A stretch of 62,850 bases of DNA, filler included, from Asterionella formosa (lineage: Eukaryota), in the NCBI GenBank assembly GCA_002256025.1. It is 22 parts of 22 records of this genome, joined end to end, with 100 filler letters (N's around TTAATTAATTAA, not from the genome) between each part and the next. Parts side by side here need not be neighbours in the genome. Positions count along the whole stretch, not along the records: positions 31,892 to 33,519 come from NKIB01001694.1; positions 33,620 to 35,247 come from NKIB01001695.1; positions 35,348 to 36,974 come from NKIB01001696.1; positions 37,075 to 38,701 come from NKIB01001697.1; positions 38,802 to 40,428 come from NKIB01001698.1; positions 40,529 to 42,157 come from NKIB01001700.1; positions 42,258 to 43,883 come from NKIB01001701.1; positions 43,984 to 45,609 come from NKIB01001702.1; 14 more parts are not named here. One strand, written 5' to 3'. Below the pieces are notes generated by a model. That model was not told where the DNA came from and searched no databases. It saw nothing but the letters and a program-made list of their open reading frames with translations. Each line of letters opens with the position of its first letter. Position 1 is the first letter of the stretch. Positions 32,172 through 43,985 of this stretch are shown piece by piece. A program made the position numbers and the translations under genes.

Positions 32172-33619
32172 GATTTTTGTGGCGGAAATTGAATGACACT
32201 AACATTATAAACTACTGGAAACACCGGTACTACCAACGCATACTATTTATTAATCATGTCAACAACAAGATCAACAACAATCAATGGCCACCAAGATGGG
32301 GATGAGTTGCTTGGACAGAATGCTTTCAACAATGGGTGCTCGTGTGAGCAACATGAATGCTGTGGGAAGGTGGTTTAGTCTGATGATGTGATCATGTTCA
32401 AGCACACTTTTTAGCTATGTATAAAAGCGAGCGTAATAAAGCCTATATCAGTACAATTACAGAGCAGCAAGAAATCTGCTGGCAGTGCAGCTACGAAGGT
32501 TTCCGGATTTCCTTTCGGGAAAACTCTCCTAAAAGCCGCTGTCACCATGACAAAAGCTCAATCGAACGCCAGCGGCCAAAAAAGTACTGGTAAACAGCAA
32601 GCAACATCGTCTAAAACAAAATGCGCATCTAAAGGAGTGAAAGGAAGCGCAGCAATCACAAGAAAATGCGAAAGGTAGCTCACATCACTGGATCTAACTA
32701 CGATTGGGATGATGTTGAATTTGCAATAAAACATTCTCTCTGCACAAGAACAAGATCCGGAGTTCGTTTCCATTCTCAAGGAGGGAAAGCGGGCAAAACA
32801 TTCAGTATTCCAAGCAACAACTCCGGTCACATGGAAATCCACCTAACGGAGCTGGTTGACTATCCGGAAGCGCAAATGGAAGAAAGTCAGTCTATTGAAG
32901 TAACAATGCCACCACCATCTCAGATATCCTCACCTCGTGAATCCAAACCCACTAGACCATCAAACACTCCTGCACTATCAATCAACGATTCCGCAATTGG
33001 ATTAACCATGCTTCAGTGGAAAATGAAAGTTTGCGCAACAGTTAAAACGACGAAAACAATGAAATAAAATTAGAAGGATTTCTGTCTTCACATCAACGAA
33101 CTGTTAAGCAAGATGCTCTCAGGAGATCCAGCAATCAGGTTGTTTCCATGGGTGAAACAACCAACGATATTTCGATCCATAACTTGTTATCAGGAATGTC
33201 AGAGGAGCTTCTCAAGCAATGGCAACGCGGTAAAAGCGAGCAGGCGATCTTCTATTACCAACAACAAAGCAACTTCTACTTACCAGATACCATGACACCA
33301 TGATGTGTGGCAACGCTGCAGTACCAGTTGCAACTGTAATGGCACCACTTCCTCATCCTTTGGTTGCTCCTATTATACAACAAGATTTGATGGGAGGACC
33401 ACCAGTCTAAGAACAATTCCACAACTACTACGAAAAGAATTCAAGGAGTCTTTGATAGAACAGACAAGGTAAAATGGAAATACCACCAATCTAAGAAGAA
33501 TTCAACTACTGCAAAAAAANNNNNNNNNNNNNNNNNNNNNNNNNNNNNNNNNNNNNNNNNNNNTTAATTAATTAANNNNNNNNNNNNNNNNNNNNNNNNN
33601 NNNNNNNNNNNNNNNNNNN

Positions 33620-34900
33620 AATGTCTCTATCCGTTCCCAGTTGCTCTTCGTCTGCCTCAGATAGAAACCACCATTTTTGCTGTGAGCGCATTGTACAACG
33701 AAACAGTGTGAGGTCCTTTCTGGGAACACCGGGCATACCCGTCAGCTGTAATGCATCACTCCTGCGAATTCGAATATTCCGTTGACGAATTGGAGACCTC
33801 CTGCTTGAGACACCTCGAACATATTTGGTGGTGGACGATGATTTTTGCATGCCTCGATACAATCCTTGAGCTTTTCCCAACCAGTTAGTCTCAAGGGAAG
33901 TGATCGAGACGTGATCAACTTCAAGGTGCCAGAAACCGATTTGATGCATCCAGTGATTCAACTGCATTTTTCCATACAACTGCGCATCAAGCCGGAGAAT
34001 GAACGAAGAGTTAGCATTATAGTCATTCAGCTCTGGAATTTCCTTGTCCAAAATTGCTCGTCAGAAATAAAAGATATTTGATCCGGCATACCTATATAGT
34101 ATATTGTATTATTTATACATTCAAGGAGCACTGAACTCTACGTAGAAGCTTGTAGCATTCTACAACGCGAAAGGTTGCAATGAGATTGTTTTCTTCCAAA
34201 AACAAAAAACTCGCTCGCCAAAGTAACATTTACATTGAGTGAAAAGCGATTCATCGCAATGAGCTCAAAAATCCGACCATGACCAGCCACATGCATCATT
34301 TCTCAATATCCTTCCAAAAGAAATTGCGATAGCCTACTAACCCCAAAAGATACAAAGGCTTCAATTTGTAAGCCTCCTCACCTTCATCAAAAACTGAATA
34401 CTTCTTTCATAAAACACTCCATCTTCTGGTTCTGACAAAGCACAACAAACAGCAGATTCTGTGATACAATCAAACTCCTCTTTTCGTTTCTCGTCTCGCA
34501 ACTTTTTAAGAAGCCATAAAATTGAGGGCAATTCATGCCCTTCATATTCGTCAATAGCTAGAAGACTTGAAGAAGGTCAAATTCCTCACTTTCAAGGGGA
34601 CCTAACCAGTCACCTCTCCAATTACCCCTTCTAATGACTGCGACAAGTCGAAACTATTGTCATAATCAGGTTGATATCTGACATTCTCATCTTTGCTGTT
34701 GCTTTCTGTTTCATCTTCACTTTCATTCTCCAAAGCATCCATGATCTGTGCAATTTCTTCTGATTGTCGGTTCTTCATCATTTGACTTCTCAGAGTGTCA
34801 TTCAGGTTGCGCTTTGCTGATTGCAGTTCATGTTCATCCGTCCGATTTTGTGATTTCAACAATTGCAGTTTGCAGTTTGCAGTTTGCAGTTTATACACTC
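33620..34900 (-). pseudogene. Decayed coding sequence of unknown family
   Basis: Successive coding-like minus-strand segments (34602..34898 acidic/coiled coil; LAIDEYEGHELPSILWLLKKLRDEKRKEEFDC; 33620..34051) broken by stops and frameshifts. Confidence 0.3.
34863..34892. repeat. TTGCAGT heptamer x4
   Basis: TTGCAGTTTGCAGTTTGCAGTTTGCAGTTT. Confidence 0.9.
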
Positions 34901-35347
34901 TATATTCCTGTATATCACCCTACAAAAAATGTCCCAATCAAACTGCGAGCTGCTGGCTGAGCAGCATCAGATCCATTGATGCTGATTCCATTTGTTGCAT
35001 TGCTTAGCTTCCCAAAGATTGACCCTGAGTTGACATGACAACATTGTTGGGAGGTACCGTCGCTTTCGCTCTGTTGGTCTTTTTATGGAAACCAGAGAAG
35101 AAGATGATGAGGTCCAAAATAATCTCACCTTGACATGATCATGTATGTTGAGTGAGTGTTAATGAGAGTGATTGTTCAAGAGCGCAAATGCGCAGCGCCG
35201 TAGAACACCTGTATAGGGCCGTCCAGTCCCTCCTCTGTATTGTCCTCNNNNNNNNNNNNNNNNNNNNNNNNNNNNNNNNNNNNNNNNNNNNTTAATTAAT
35301 TAANNNNNNNNNNNNNNNNNNNNNNNNNNNNNNNNNNNNNNNNNNNN

Positions 35348-36974
35348 ATTCTTTGTTGATCGCCTTGATCCACTCTTTCTTGTCTGGTCTTGCCATTGCT
35401 TCATCGTAGCTTGTTGGTAATCCTGGATCAGAAGCCAGACTTGCGTTGTACACACAATTCACCTGTGTATTCTTTGTAATTTCCTTCATGTTATCCTCCT
35501 CGATAACACCAGGCATCTCAGTATCTCCTGAAAATTTCACAATTTTCGTACTCGTAGGATTGAACGATGAGTCCAATCTTAGCATTTCACGTGCCAACTT
35601 CGCTTGCTTTGACTGAGCACTTTCCGCACGTTTAGCCTTCACAATTGGGGTATTGGTACCTGTAACCTCGTATTTTGTAGTACCATCTATCTTAGTTGAT
35701 TGTTCAGTTTTCCTCCCCAATTCTTGCTTGTCATCATCTTCATCTTCATTATCAGACACTTCTCGTGGTTCGAACTCGTCGTAAAAATCGTCATGTAACT
35801 CTTCATTATCTTCTCGTACTGATATCTCCGTATCCTGTTGGTTGGTGACTGGTTTGAACATTTTCTCTAGTCCATCCGTTGGTACGTTTGTTCCATGCCA
35901 CTCACTCCACTTCACGTCACGTGTGTTGACCACAGAATTTGTCTCGTGATTATACATGCGATACGTATCTTGAGAGTGGTCATCTGAGTATCCCAAAAAG
36001 ACACACTTGATGGAATGTGCATCTAATTTCTTGACACCTTCTCTTATAGTAACCCAACCAACACGTCCAAATTGCCTGTAGAGCTTGTAGGGCCTCCTTG
36101 CATTCGTTTCTCCATAGAACACATCATCAGGACTCTTCTTAGTCACTGAATTCACTGTACTGTTCGTCAATCTTGTCGCAGTATGTACCGCTTCTGCCCA
36201 CAATAGCCCCTGATATTCATCTGTAAACTTCGCACTTAGCATCATAGCGAGTGCTCTCTGACGCACTGTAACAAAACCACGTTCCACAACACCGTTGTGC
36301 TGCGGAGTATGAGGTGCCGTAAATTCCATCTTGACACCTTGGTTTTCGCATACTTTCTTTAGTTGCTTGGAGTTCTCACCTGCGTCATCACATCGGACAA
36401 ATTTAGTCTTATGTCCCGCACCTGCAAGTTTTGTGAGTAACGCTCCAATGACAATTCCGATGTCACTTTTCTTTTCAATAAAATAACTCCAGCGTTTCCT
36501 TGTATAATCGTCCACGGCCATCACCCAATACTGATTTCCCATAAACAGTCTTTCTCCTGGTGTCGTAGCCTTCTCTTGCGTCATCTTGGGTACTGCGCGT
36601 GCTTTCGCCTTGGCTGCTGCGCATCCTGCGCACACCTGTAAATTTCCAATAAGTTTCCACCCAAATAATTTCGATGTCTCACGAAGACATTTTTCCCCCA
36701 CATGTCCAAGCATTTCATGCGCTTCATTTATTTCCACAATCACATCATTATTTTCGTTCGCGTTTCTTTTCTCGATCGTTTCATCTATCGCTTTCGTCGT
36801 TTTCTTCTTATCGTTAACTTTCGTCCATTCATTCTCGTCTTCTTTAGTATCATAGTCGATGGATTGTTGTGTTGGCTTCTCGCTTTCTTGTTCAACCTCC
36901 AACACCGTTTCCTTTAGAATAGGCGTTCCTTGCACATGGTACATTGCTCCAATTGTCCTCGTTTCATCACGTTT
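35348..36974 (-). mobile_element. pol: Ty1/Copia pol fragment: integrase (HHCC finger, core with 11-aa deletion, GKGY-like region) to the start of RT
   Basis: AHEMLGH...CAGC, VRCDDAGE, PHTPQHNGVVER, KCVFLGYS and DPGLPTSYDEAM. The frame is open across the whole contig. It is closely related to 43986-45609. Confidence 0.93.
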
Positions 36975-37074
36975 NNNNNNNNNNNNNNNNNNNNNNNNNN
37001 NNNNNNNNNNNNNNNNNNTTAATTAATTAANNNNNNNNNNNNNNNNNNNNNNNNNNNNNNNNNNNNNNNNNNNN

Positions 37075-38701
37075 TGAGTCTTGTGTGTGTGTTGGCAGCT
37101 TCCGCCCAGAGTGTTCCTTGAGCCTCTTCAGAGAATTTCGCTTTTATCATGGCGGCAGAGCTGTGGTCACATATGGTCGCAAATTTACGTTCGACAATGC
37201 CGTTCTGCTGAGGCGTGTAGGGGGCAGTTATTTCGATAGCGAGTCCGTGTTTCTCGCATAGCTCAGTTAATGCCTTGACATTTTCGCCACCATTGTCACA
37301 TCGAAGTTTCTTGAGGATATAATTAGCACTCTTCAACTTGATGACAAGGTTTTCGACAATTTTCGACATTTCACTTTTCTTCTTAGCAAAGAAGCTCCAT
37401 GCTTTGCTGCTATAGCCGTCTACAACAAGGACCCAATAATTGCTTCCAATGATAGACTTTTTGTATGGCCCGCTGATGTCAGTACACAAACGCTCACCTG
37501 CATGAGTTGCTCTTGTTGTAGAGAACTTTGGTACTGCTTTGGCCTTAGCTTTGGCAAATGCGCACCCTTCACAAGGTGTGAGACTGCCTGTGACTTCGAT
37601 ATTCAGTGTCTTCAATGTAGCTCGTAGTGCCACCTCACCAATGTGTCCGAATTTATCATGTGCCTCGTTGATGTCAATTTTGATTTGCTTAGTAGGTATG
37701 ATAACTGGTGGTTGCGTGGTAGTTGAACTAGTCATGACGGTTTCAATAGTACCAAGGTCACGTGTGCCTTCAAAGTAGTACAGGAGCTCTTTGCCTTCTG
37801 ATTTAAATTCAATGTTCTCGAGTTCACTTGTCTTACTTAGACTGAGTGTCTGTCCTTTGATACTGACTTCGTAGTCTGATTTCTGTACGAAGACTCCGAT
37901 ACTCACAATATTCTTGTGGAAAAGCGGAGTATATAGGACTTTTTTTAAAATGTAGGGTCTTTCCATTGCTTGATGTCACCAAAACGTCACCTCGTTTTGT
38001 GCATAGCACTTCCTTTCCATCACCAACAATCACGCGCACCTTGACTTTTTCAATGTTTGTCATACCAAGTTCACTGGATGTGATATGACTGGTAGCTCCA
38101 GTGTCGGTCAACCATCGTTCTTCTCCTCCACACGATGCACAATATTCAAAATTATTATTATTATTATCATCATCAGAAATAAATCCGAAACGATGGATCT
38201 CTTCCTCTTCTTCTTCAGCTTCGACAGCACAACCGACAAAAAACGACGTCTCCTTCTTGTCAGCAGTCTTCTTCTTCTTCTCATCAGTGCAGTCTTTGGC
38301 GATGTGACCAGCGAATTTGTTGCAATTGAAACACTTTATGCCTTTTCCGGTCTTCTCTCCATCCGCTTTTGATCCTTTAGAGCGACAATCCGCCGACTTG
38401 TGTCCTTGCTTTCCGCAGTTGCGACAAAGACCTTTGAACTTTCCTCCTGCTAATAGGGCTATCTCGTTAGATGACTTTTCAGCTTTGAACTTGCGCTTGT
38501 AGAAAGCCTGGATTTTGTTCTTCAGTTCTGTTAGAGTGATTGCCGTCATTCCTTCCACAACTGTGATCACCTCACTATACTCAGAAGGAAGCTTGTCAAT
38601 TATGTGGGCAATGACTTCAATGTCTTGTTTCTGAAAAGAGCTATTGATTTGCGTCATTCTGTTGCGAATCATGTCGAGTTTAATGAACCATTCATCAGGG
38701 T
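37075..38701 (-). mobile_element. Ty1/Copia gag-pol fragment: two zinc knuckles, protease, integrase; one frameshift near 37945
   Basis: CRNCGKQGHKSADC, CFNCNKFAGHIAKDC, WLTDTGATSH, then AHDKFGH...CEGC, TDISGP, RCDNGGE and PYTPQQNGIVER. The frame change is at CATTTTAAAAAAAG. Confidence 0.93.
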
Positions 38702-38801
38702 NNNNNNNNNNNNNNNNNNNNNNNNNNNNNNNNNNNNNNNNNNNNTTAATTAATTAANNNNNNNNNNNNNNNNNNNNNNNNNNNNNNNNNNNNNNNNNNN
38801 N

Positions 38802-40428
38802 AGTCTGGTGGATGATTTGGCCAGCAGAATTGCGGCGGACAAAGAGCCAGTCAAGGTCATCATCAAGATCCAAGGAACCGCGGACAAAGGTACCATCAAG
38901 GGCAAGGATCAGTTTGGTACCAACAACCATCCAAGGAGGGAGGAGGGGGGCAAGGGGATCCCCACTGGAATCATCGCGAGGAAGGTGGGAAAAATCAGGA
39001 TTAAGAGCCTCATCAGGGGAGATAAGGTCGCCAAATGCGGCAGAAAGAGAGGCCCCCTCAAGGAGGTCAATGAGATACAAATCATGTAGGGAGGTGGGGA
39101 CAGAATTGACAATACCCTCAGAGACTTCACCAGCAGAATTGAGGCGGACAAAGACAACACTACCAGGAGGGTAGGCTTCGGAGGCAGAGGTGGTAGGATT
39201 GGTGTACAGGCGCAGGTGGAGGCCACCATCATACACAATAGTAGGAAAAGGGTCTGCAATAGCACGAGTGGAATCAAGAGTGTAATCAGCAGACACACAG
39301 AAGCGGGACAAGGTTGGATTCCAGAACAGCATGCCATTGGCGGTGTCAGCACGACCAAGTGCAATGCCTGTGAAGCTTTGACTCTCAAAGTGAGTGCGTG
39401 CACCCCGAAGGCCATCGCGAGGACGCCTATAGTAGCCAATGCAGCCAAAGGGGAAGAGGGTACGAAGGTCCGGTTTCACCCCATAGAAGAGTTCGAATGG
39501 AGTGGTGTAGGTCTTGGAAGACCCAAGGAGGCAGGGGACCATATTCATCCGAAGGGCAGCCTCACGGACAGCCCAAAACCAGAAGCGTTTGGGGAGGCTG
39601 GCCTCAGCAAGGAATGAGCGAGCCATGGAGGTGGCAACACGCCAGTGGGATTCAACCAAACCATTCTGAGATTGACGGTAAGGGGGAGCAGCATTGACAC
39701 GGATACCCTTCGACAGGAGCAGCTTATTGGTGGGCCCCCCCCAGAAACTTTTGATCAAAGTCACATTGGAGGACACGGGGAAAACTGCCTGTATCAACAA
39801 AAAATCGCCAGAATGCATCAGAGATAGAGGAGCTAGTGAGGTCCTTGAGGCCATAACACCAGGTCTTGCGACTGAATTGGTCAACCAGGAGAAGGCAGTA
39901 GCGGTAACCACCAGGGCTGATGCCATCACCATAGCCAATATCAACACCAACACGCTGGAGGATGGAGGAAGGGCGAGGGAGGGGTAAGCCAGAGGGACCA
40001 CGCTTCATGTTGACAACGTCGCCAACCGAGATGGGAGGCTCGAAATGTTCCGACAGGCAAATGCCATTGGCCACTTTGGTAAAGATGGAATAATTACGAA
40101 ATTTGCGGTTGCCAAAATGTTTGTGGAGATCATGGGAGGAAAAACGGCGAACCTGGGCACCAAAGGATTCAGGGCGTTCACAAGTCATAATGGGAGGGGC
40201 AGGGGCAGCAGAAGGATCCAGGGGCAGGATAATCTTGGATGATTCTGAGGAGGGGAGCCGGAGAAGGGAGGGGTCCGAGGCGGGGTGTGAAGGAGGAACA
40301 ACCCGATGGACAGGCCATGTGTGGTGGTGAAGGGCTGCACGTTTGAGTGCAAACCGAGCAATGGAGGGGGGATCGGAAAGGACTAGAACCGATGGGGACA
40401 AGGTATCATCAAAGGAGAAAGAGGAGGC
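38802..40428 (-). mobile_element. pol: Ty1/Copia integrase fragment (divergent GC-richer family); frameshift in a G8 run
   Basis: VGVDIGYG, LLVDQFSR and QCDFD in ORF 39724..40401 continue as AAPPYRQSQNGLVE, FWFWAV, TPFELFYG, FPFGC and GIALG in the other frame. The switch is at the C8 run, 39735-39742. Confidence 0.88.
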
Positions 40429-40528
40429 NNNNNNNNNNNNNNNNNNNNNNNNNNNNNNNNNNNNNNNNNNNNTTAATTAATTAANNNNNNNNNNNNNNNN
40501 NNNNNNNNNNNNNNNNNNNNNNNNNNNN

Positions 40529-41505
40529 CCACCATCAGTTAGAAAACAATGAAGGTTTGGTTCCAGTTGTTTCTTGGAAACGCAGGACTATTGCCAGTTT
40601 ATGTCACGTTGAAGAAGAATGATGTCATTGCTGACTTGATGGAAGCTGTGAAGATCAAATGTGGTGACAATCTTCAAGGTGTTTCCTCAGCGCAGCTCCG
40701 TGTGAGCCCACCTGGAACTCAAGTGCCGGTTCCTGAGGGAGCTGATGATCCAACCTTGGATCCTGGAGATCTGGTTGTTCATCTGAATTGGGGAACTAGC
40801 AGCAAGCATGCGTTTGTGATCGTGGTCATCCAACCTGATATTGGTACGTGTTTTGATCTCATGGAATACCTTCTATTGTATTGTAGTTCACAGCTCCTAA
40901 TACTCACGTATCATTACGTATCATTTATCCCATACAAATACTCGCTACTGTTGAAAAGACCAAGGAGCGACGAAACGCCAGAAACAAAATGATGAGCAGA
41001 AGGAAGCCTCCTTGATGGTACCCACCACCATCATGTCGACAACAATGAAGGTTTGGTTCCAGTTGTTTCTTGGAAACGCAGCACAAATGCTCTTTAAAGT
41101 TACTTTGAATCAGAATGATGACATTTCTGACTTGATGGAAGCTGTGAAGATTAAATGTGGTGACAATCTTCAAGGTGTTTCTCCAACGCAAATCCGTGTG
41201 TACCCACCTGGAACTCAAGTGCCGGTTCCTGAGGGAGCTGATGATCCAACCTTGAATCCTGGAGATCTGGTTGTTCATCTGAATTGGGGAACTAGCAGCA
41301 AGAATGCGTTCGTGATTGTTGCACCTGATATTGGTACGTGTTTTGATCTCATGGAATACCTTCTATTGTATTGTAGGTCACAGCTCCTAATACTCACGTA
41401 TCATTCCGTATCATTTATCCCCTACAAATACTCGCTACTGTTGAAAAGACCAAGGAGCGACGAAACGCCAGAAACAAAATGATGCTGAGCAGGAGGAAGC
41501 CTCCT
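40529..41505 (+). repeat. Tandem duplication, 496-bp period, 2 copies
   Basis: ATGAAGGTTTGGTTCCAG at 40549 and 41045. The copies are near-identical through GAAACAAAATGATG...GGAAGCCTCCTT. Confidence 0.95.
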
Positions 41506-42157
41506 TAATTGTCAAGGCGGTGGAGAGGCTCAAACTTCAATTGGAGCAGGAGTAGGATCATGATAAAATTAATAACCGGAACGTTGCCTCCTCACGACGG
41601 CTGCTAGAGAAGGAGCTCAACATTCATTTCAAGCGCTTCTTGGAGGTCAATCAGAAAAACGAAGAAGCATTCCAAAGACAATGCGGCATATCTGCAAGAT
41701 TGATCCAAAAGAGGTTCCTTCTATTCCTACTTTACCTTCCTCTGATCCTACTTCAACTCTTTCTGATCCCATTTTACATCCTCTTTTTGATGATACTTTA
41801 CCTTCTTCTGATCCTATCATGCCCGTCGTTCCCCCCGAGAATTGTTGCTGAATGAATGGGCTCCAAAAAGTGCGGTTTGATGATTGCAAGAGACAGGGAG
41901 CGAACCTTATATCGCCCTCAAATTTGGAAGGAAATGGTAAACTCGGTTGAAGATGCCTTCAACAAAGGTGGTCCGGCTGGAATAATGATTAAGGGACCGC
42001 AGGGAATTGGCATGTCGCACTCAGCACTTGTCAACTTGGTTCGTACGTTGCAATATGACAGCAGGTGCAAGTACCTCGTAACTTTCATTCCAGACTATGA
42101 AAAATGGAAAGACTTGTACACTTTAATTTGCAGTTCATTTGGTACTTCATTATCTGC
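40549..42157 (+). pseudogene. Crinkler/CR-effector-like remnant: duplicated ubiquitin-like N-terminal module plus degenerate P-loop NTPase
   Basis: Two copies of MKVWFQLF...I(A/S)DLMEAVKIKCGDNLQGVS..Q(L/I)RV.PPG...L.PGD...AFVIV..P. Downstream, IMIKGPQGIGMSH is a Walker A with K>M. There are internal stops and frameshifts. Confidence 0.6.
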
Positions 42158-42342
42158 NNNNNNNNNNNNNNNNNNNNNNNNNNNNNNNNNNNNNNNNNNN
42201 NTTAATTAATTAANNNNNNNNNNNNNNNNNNNNNNNNNNNNNNNNNNNNNNNNNNNNCCCTGTGCGACAAATTCAAGCCTTGACGGTTGAAAATCTAAAA
42301 CCTTCTCGATTTAACAATCGTGCGATCTATTTTGCTCCCAGC

Positions 42343-43883
42343 ATGTCGGCATCCCGGACTGCTGCATTGAGTCGCTACCTGGCTGCGTTGAACGAAGGAT
42401 CAGCGCCCGAAGGCAGAGTAGGTTCTGTTCAGACTGCTCCAGAAATGATGGTGAACGCAAAAACGATGGACAAAACTGGAGACCCAAAATGCCACAATGT
42501 TGTGGTGAAGCCCCTTGCTGTCACTCCGAGAGGAGGTTTGTCATTTCTAGAGGTGGCAGTGTCCAAGAATCGCGCTAACACTAATGAAAAACCTCAAATT
42601 CGATCTCGAAGTGTTGGGCGGGGGTCTGCTCGCACATCGCGAAATGTGGTGCAGGAGGTCTATGACCGAATGGGCGTTTCTCGAGAGGATCTCACCGAAA
42701 CGAGCAGCGGAGCAGACAAGTTCCAACAGCGCTATAGAGCAGCTGCTGTGATCTCTGTGAAAAGCCCAAATCTTGATCGAGGACGCGCTGACGGGTCATC
42801 TCAGACAGATGGCAATCGACGAGCGCGATCACTGAGCCGCGGAGAATCGATGTCTCGGCGATGGCCACCAGACAAACTCACGGAATCAGAAACGCAAAAT
42901 GCAGCACCGACAATTGTCAAGTCAGTGGAAATTAATGGAGCTAATGATCTGAGGCATAAGTCGCCTCATCGAATTTCAGTCAACAGCCGATCAAACGAGA
43001 ACCAAGCTGCGGGGGGCAAACCGTTGAAAAACGACAAAAAAGAAGAGGCCAGTCTTTGGAAGGGCAAAGAGATAGATCAAGTCAATTCAAATCATTCCTC
43101 ACAGCAAGACGAACAAGAAGAAGATCAGTCAGAGGATAGTGCAATCCCTTCCGTCAAGGAACGAATGCGAGCGTTCCATCAACCGAAACCCTCCTTGGCA
43201 CGAAGCTTTCAACAAGTGCAGCCAAATCCATTACAGTATGCCAAAAAGCGAGATCACCCTCCCAAAATTGATAAAAACTCTAATGTCAAACGAATTGAAG
43301 TCGATCAGGTCTCTCCGATGTCTGTCAAAACAAACTCAAAAGACCGAATTCTTGCTCCTGAACCGAGCTATATACTTCCTTCACCAGCCGCCGCGGCAGC
43401 AGCGGACGCCGCAGCAGACCTGGTTCGCCGGCAACACGAGAGATGGCGAGGAAGTTTTGGGTTTGCAGATTCTGATAAAGTTTCAGATTCCATTGCTGCT
43501 CTACCCAATCCCACACCTGTAATTGAAATAACCGGAGCGGATGCATCTGGTGGAATGAATGTCGACATGCAATCTGTGGCCATGTCTGATTTCTCGCACT
43601 ATGAATTTCCTGCATCTCCTACGCGATCTATTCGGGATGGCCCCTCTTCTACACAACTGCGATCCACGTGGGCTGACCGCAGCCACGTGTCAGTCAATAA
43701 CGCTTATTCTGTTTCAAATGGGAGAAGTATCACTGGACCTGTAGCACCAACCTCTGAGATGTTTGAGAGAATTGTCGAAGAAAGACTCCGTGTAAGAATA
43801 TCTGACTTGGAAAAGAAAATGACGACGCAAATGGTACAGCTGGAAAATCGCATGGAAGAGAAAATGAAGGCTCGAATGGAAGC
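42343..43883 (+). CDS. Hypothetical low-complexity Ser/Arg-rich protein with C-terminal coiled coil (3'-partial)
   Basis: The frame is open for more than 510 codons to the contig end. Likely ATG at 42343. The C-terminal ERIVEERLRVRISDLEKKM...QLENRMEEKMK is heptad-like. Confidence 0.75.
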
Positions 43884-43985
43884 NNNNNNNNNNNNNNNNN
43901 NNNNNNNNNNNNNNNNNNNNNNNNNNNTTAATTAATTAANNNNNNNNNNNNNNNNNNNNNNNNNNNNNNNNNNNNNNNNNNNNCG

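Noticed and set aside
37935..37955. Programmed gag-pol frameshift at TTTTAAAAAAA
   Set aside because: The shift falls inside the protease region, after the DTG motif, and there is no in-frame XXXYYYZ heptamer. A 1-nt homopolymer indel explains it.
39735..39742. Programmed frameshift at the G8 run
   Set aside because: It lies within the integrase catalytic core. One extra G from mutation or sequencing error suffices.
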